This document shows positions 60,173 to 64,000 of a stretch of 64,000 nucleotides of DNA, one piece after another. This stretch comes from an uncultured Candidatus Saccharibacteria bacterium (GTDB lineage: Bacteria; Patescibacteriota; Dojkabacteria; J137): positions 89,629 through 153,628 of the forward strand of contig CAZLOI010000002.1 of assembly GCA_964561155.1 (NCBI GenBank), in the 5' to 3' direction. Numbering within the stretch: the stretch's first letter is position 1; every line of letters begins with the position of its first letter. The notes under the pieces are model-generated. The model was given only the letters and a program-made list of their open reading frames with translations. It ran no database searches and was not told the origin of the DNA. The translations under genes and the position numbers were made by a program.

Positions 60173-60466
60173 ATGCAAACAGGTAAGGTAAAACACTACA
60201 ATAATGAGAAAGGTTACGGATTCATTAAATCTGGAGAGGAGGAATATTTCTTCCACATCAGCGGTTTAAAGAATTGGGCTCAGGGAATGTTCCCAGAGAA
60301 GGACCAAGAAGTATCTTTCAAAGTTGTTGACGGAGACAGAGGACCAAAAGCAATCGAGGTTACTCTATTAGACGGAGCAGCAGAAGGATCAGTTGAAGGA
60401 GAAGAATCAGTTATTGATTTCCCTCAGGCTGTTGATTCTGAAGAAGATATGGAAGAAGCTGCATAA
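60173..60466 (+). CDS. cold-shock protein with acidic C-terminal tail
   Basis: GKVKHYNNEKGYGFIK cold-shock domain RNP1 region, followed by ...EGEESVIDFPQAVDSEEDMEEAA. Confidence 0.85.
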   Translation: MQTGKVKHYNNEKGYGFIKSGEEEYFFHISGLKNWAQGMFPEKDQEVSFKVVDGDRGPKAIEVTLLDGAAEGSVEGEESVIDFPQAVDSEEDMEEAA

Positions 60467-60588
60467 GCTTATCTAAATCAAGACTCTTAAGGGAAGCCGC
60501 AAGGCTTCCCTTTCTTATGGCTACATCTCTTCAAATTCAAGAAAAGTAACCATATTTCTGATATCATTTACTTAATTCAAAACAAAAT

Positions 60589-62277
60589 ATGATTAAGTGG
60601 ATATTAGTTTTCTTGGTTATAATTGCTAGCGTATTCATTAATGGATCACCCTTTATCTTTGGTGATGGATATGGATACTATCATTCAGCTAAAAGCCTTA
60701 TAACTGAAGGAACTTTCACAAGCACAGTTGAACCTTCATACTACAAATATACAGGACATGCAGTTTCCCTAGACGACAATGGCAACTACACAACAATCTA
60801 TCCAGTTGGGAATGCTTTATTCTGGGTACCTGGTCTTACCGTTTCAAAGGCTATATCACAAACACCAAACCTTGATTACTTCACGGTATTCAACGGACAT
60901 ATCGTTAACGATGGGATTGCCATACTAGTAACAGCGACACTTGCTACATTTGCATCTATATTCCTAATCTTTAAGACTTTGCGAAGAATAGGATTTTCGG
61001 AAAAGACTTCCTTTGTATCAGTCCTTTCAGTATATCTAGCAATGTATGTGTTCTCGTATCTTTTCTACTTCTCAAGCTATTCACATATCTACGAAATATT
61101 CGCATTCTCGTTACTAATATACCTATTCCAAAAAATACTGCTCCATGATGGAAGAGCATATGAATTCGTATTTGGTGTATCAATTGGAATATTAACCCTC
61201 ACAAGACTTGTAGACTTTGTAATAGTAATACCATTCCTAATATACTTCCTATTCGATAGAAGATTCAAAACCCTATTATTCACAATCCTTGGTGGTATAC
61301 CAATGGCTTCAATACTTTTTTTCTACAATCACGTAGTATATGGATCCATACTTTCATTTGGATACAGTGAAAACAGAGGAGGAATGCTATCTACAGAAAA
61401 CTTTAATCTCTTCCAGCTACTATTCTCAGATGTTAGAGGTCTCTTTGTCTGGTCACCGCTATTAATCCTAAGCATAATTGGATTAATCCTTGGTTTAAGA
61501 AAGTTTAAAGCGCTATTCGTATCAAGTATTCTTTCAGTAATACTTCTAGCAGCATTGTATACCTTCTGGCCTAACTGGTGGGGAGGCGATAGTCTTGGTC
61601 AACGATTCTTCCTAGTTCTTAGTCCAATTTTTATTCTAGGTATAGCACGATTTATTCAAGTAGTAGCAGGCCTACAAAGTAAGCCAATTAGAATTCTAAT
61701 ATATAGTCTAATCCTTGTACTAACTGCATACTCAACCTTGGTACAAGTATTGTACAGAGTAACACCTGTAAAGGAATTACACACAGACGCAATTAGTCTT
61801 GATAGCATTAGTATTCCAAGCGAAGAACGCTTTACACCTTTTGATATTCTTAACTACCATTCAAATGTAATATCCGAAGTCGGTATTTCTACAGAGTATC
61901 TAAAAACTGTATTCAACTCTTTCAATGGTGGTAGATCACTAATACTCCTATCTATGGGTCAAACTGATCCTCTAGTTAAGGCTACTGCGGTTGGGAATAT
62001 ATTTAAACTAACAGTTGTACCAAATACAAATGGTATCTTGCCACAAGATCTTAAAGTTAACTTCAGATACTTAAACAACCATTACACAGTATCTGGGTTC
62101 CCTCAAATTGCTTCTGAGATTAACATAATATGTGACTTTGATATCTGTGTATCAGATATATCAAATATAAGCCGTTCAAGTATGAATTCAGGTACATATA
62201 CTGTGGTAAATTCAGAATTCGATATACAAGTACAAAGTGCTTCAAGAGTTAATTTGGTGAATAGGAAATTGAAGTAG
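60589..62277 (+). CDS. polytopic membrane protein, GT-C-like (paralog of 62672..end)
   Basis: More than 10 transmembrane segments; GDGYGYYH and DDNGNYTTIYPVGNALFWVPG shared with the convergent paralog. Confidence 0.45.
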   Translation: MIKWILVFLVIIASVFINGSPFIFGDGYGYYHSAKSLITEGTFTSTVEPSYYKYTGHAVSLDDNGNYTTIYPVGNALFWVPGLTVSKAISQTPNLDYFTVFNGHIVNDGIAILVTATLATFASIFLIFKTLRRIGFSEKTSFVSVLSVYLAMYVFSYLFYFSSYSHIYEIFAFSLLIYLFQKILLHDGRAYEFVFGVSIGILTLTRLVDFVIVIPFLIYFLFDRRFKTLLFTILGGIPMASILFFYNHVVYGSILSFGYSENRGGMLSTENFNLFQLLFSDVRGLFVWSPLLILSIIGLILGLRKFKALFVSSILSVILLAALYTFWPNWWGGDSLGQRFFLVLSPIFILGIARFIQVVAGLQSKPIRILIYSLILVLTAYSTLVQVLYRVTPVKELHTDAISLDSISIPSEERFTPFDILNYHSNVISEVGISTEYLKTVFNSFNGGRSLILLSMGQTDPLVKATAVGNIFKLTVVPNTNGILPQDLKVNFRYLNNHYTVSGFPQIASEINIICDFDICVSDISNISRSSMNSGTYTVVNSEFDIQVQSASRVNLVNRKLK

Positions 62278-62281
62278 AGAA

Positions 62282-62665
62282 CTAGTCTACATTCACTGGA
62301 AAGATATGCTCAGAAATATCATAATCTCCTTGATCTATGCGATCCAATAGTTCTGCAACTGACATATCATGCTGATCTGCGAAAGCCTTAAGCTTCTTAA
62401 ATAGAAGTGGGTAATATGATTTAAGAAGATCAACCCCCTTCATTTCCTTCGAATTCAGTTTGGCCATATATGCCTTAGCTGAGAACCTTGCAATAAGCAT
62501 TCTTGGCATCGCATCTATTTCTTCTTGCGTACAGTATTCTATAAGGTTACTGTGAATTGTACCCTTCGATACAGAATCAGGATTTGTACGAGCTTCTGCA
62601 ATTAAATCCCTGTCTGAGAGTCCACCTCGTATCTTATATTCTTCTTCTATGCCTTCTCTATCCAT
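62282..62665 (-). CDS. hypothetical protein
   Basis: A 127 aa ORF. Confidence 0.35.
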   Translation of the reverse strand: MDREGIEEEYKIRGGLSDRDLIAEARTNPDSVSKGTIHSNLIEYCTQEEIDAMPRMLIARFSAKAYMAKLNSKEMKGVDLLKSYYPLLFKKLKAFADQHDMSVAELLDRIDQGDYDISEHIFPVNVD

Positions 62666-62671
62666 AATATA

Positions 62672-64000
62672 TTATCTAATAGCTTCACAGCCTTGTCCTG
62701 GAATATCTTCTACACAAAGCTTTAAGAATACCTTCTCATACTTCTCTTGCGTCATACCATCTGGATTCAAAACACCTCTCCAGTATTGCTGCATGAAATT
62801 AAAGTTTAGAACAACGAGGAACAGAAAGATTGATATTCCAAGGTAAATAACTGCCTTTCTTCTATGAAAGAACCACTTAAGTGTATATGCCATTGGTATG
62901 GCAAGAAGAATTAGAAACTCAGTAAATCCTCTGTGCCCATAGGAGAATCCAAAAGACCATGCCCACCATGAAGCTACAATGTATACCTGAGCGAGTAATA
63001 TGAATGAAGCAAGGTATCGAAGTTTCTCAGATTGTTTAAACATTAAATAAAACCCTGGAATAGATATTAGAATTAGTGGGGACCAAAGAAACAATCCTTT
63101 TCTAAAACCAAACAACACTTCATAGACTTGAGGATTAGCAAAATCAAAATACTCCCCCTGATACGCAAATATAAACCAGCTACCTGTAACAAGTTTCCAG
63201 TATAGGAGTTGAATAAATACTACTAGGAAAGATGAAACAAGCATTACAAGAATCTGCTTCCAGTACTTTCTTAAAGAATCTACTATTCCAAAATTGTTAT
63301 ATAACTTTATAGCAGGTATTAGAAGAACTAGGCCAAGAATTGCATTCGTTTGTCTAACAGCAATAATCAAACCCAGAATCAATCCTATTCTTAAATAATA
63401 TCTCCATTGTTTCTTGTCTAAACCAAAGTCATCTATTAAATAGAGTAGATAGGCAAAGAGTGCGAAACTAAATACATGACTAAACGATACATCGTAAGTT
63501 GTATAGTGAATTATATTAGTACCTAGAAGTATTACAACTAAAGTAGCGTATGTTACCTTCTCACTAAACCTCTTTATCAAAATCTTCCATAGGAAATAGA
63601 AGCCAATAAATAGAGCTACAATGCCACTAACGAGCACAGAAACTTGATATGGACCTGCATATTGATCGAAGCTACCTTGATAGAAGATATTGTTAATAGC
63701 CGTAGCTACAAGATATCCTGGTGTCTCAAGCAGTGCCACTCCAATTGGATACTTGTTTAAATAGTTACCATTGTCTTGAAGTATAAGTCTGCCTTTAGAT
63801 TCATCGACCCATTCTGTTGGTAGATCTTCCACCAGATTCTTTCCAGTTATATCTTTGTAATGAAATATGCTTGGTAGATACGCATAGTATCCAAAACCAT
63901 CCGAGGAAATAGCAGTCCAGGTAGCACCAAAGAGCTTTAATGCTACAGTTGAACTAACTAGTATTACAACCAATACTAGAACAAAATATCTGAATCGTAT
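62672..64000 (-). CDS. polytopic membrane protein, GT-C-like paralog (the N-terminus may extend beyond the window)
   Basis: SDGFGYYAY and QDNGNYLNKYPIGVALLETPG. The ORF is open to the window edge. Confidence 0.45.
   Translation of the reverse strand: MRFRYFVLVLVVILVSSTVALKLFGATWTAISSDGFGYYAYLPSIFHYKDITGKNLVEDLPTEWVDESKGRLILQDNGNYLNKYPIGVALLETPGYLVATAINNIFYQGSFDQYAGPYQVSVLVSGIVALFIGFYFLWKILIKRFSEKVTYATLVVILLGTNIIHYTTYDVSFSHVFSFALFAYLLYLIDDFGLDKKQWRYYLRIGLILGLIIAVRQTNAILGLVLLIPAIKLYNNFGIVDSLRKYWKQILVMLVSSFLVVFIQLLYWKLVTGSWFIFAYQGEYFDFANPQVYEVLFGFRKGLFLWSPLILISIPGFYLMFKQSEKLRYLASFILLAQVYIVASWWAWSFGFSYGHRGFTEFLILLAIPMAYTLKWFFHRRKAVIYLGISIFLFLVVLNFNFMQQYWRGVLNPDGMTQEKYEKVFLKLCVEDIPGQGCEAIR

Noticed and set aside
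1-64000. Possibility of an alternative genetic code (for example UGA recoding), given the AT-rich and Shine-Dalgarno-poor character
   Set aside because: Long housekeeping ORFs (pyrG, copA, pyrD, xth) are continuous and end at standard stops at expected lengths. There is no sign of in-frame UGA read-through.

Overview
This is an AT-rich bacterial chromosomal window. The tRNA-His has the bacterial-type encoded G-1:C73 pair and an encoded CCA, and most genes lack an obvious Shine-Dalgarno sequence. It carries ordinary housekeeping genes: HtpX fragment, ABC transporters, pyrG, pyrD, xth, copA with csoR, an ABC-F ATPase, a cold-shock protein and a two-subunit 2-oxoacid:ferredoxin oxidoreductase. 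Two accessory regions stand out.

(1) An island of about 9 kb sits immediately 3' of tRNA-His (about 5.4 to 14.4 kb). It contains a large serine recombinase whose C-terminus overlaps the tRNA 3' end, an orphan-looking Type II restriction-modification pair (a cytosine-5 methyltransferase plus a candidate endonuclease), and several domain-less hypotheticals. It also holds an overlapping two-gene module: a cytoplasmic subtilase (S8, 745 aa) with unique N- and C-terminal extensions, and a classical AAA+ ATPase with a MIT-like N-terminal domain. That module is the best candidate for an undescribed defense or conflict system in this window.

(2) A 13-gene glycan cluster on the minus strand (35.7 to 49.3 kb) encodes the ABC-transporter (Wzm/Wzt)-dependent pathway, including a Wzt with a C-terminal extension. 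It also carries two FkbM methyltransferases, two GT11 fucosyltransferases, several GT2/GT4 enzymes and a large polytopic membrane protein, and it is bracketed by two stand-alone receiver domains.

Other notable points: an apparently frameshifted korA next to a flavodoxin and a GIY-YIG gene; a frameshift in the signal peptide of a periplasmic-sensor-like protein; a candidate CsoR operator; a SWIB-domain protein; a tandem LiaF-like membrane pair; and paralogous membrane-protein pairs. All domain calls rest on motif recognition by eye from the supplied ORF translations. No database search was possible.
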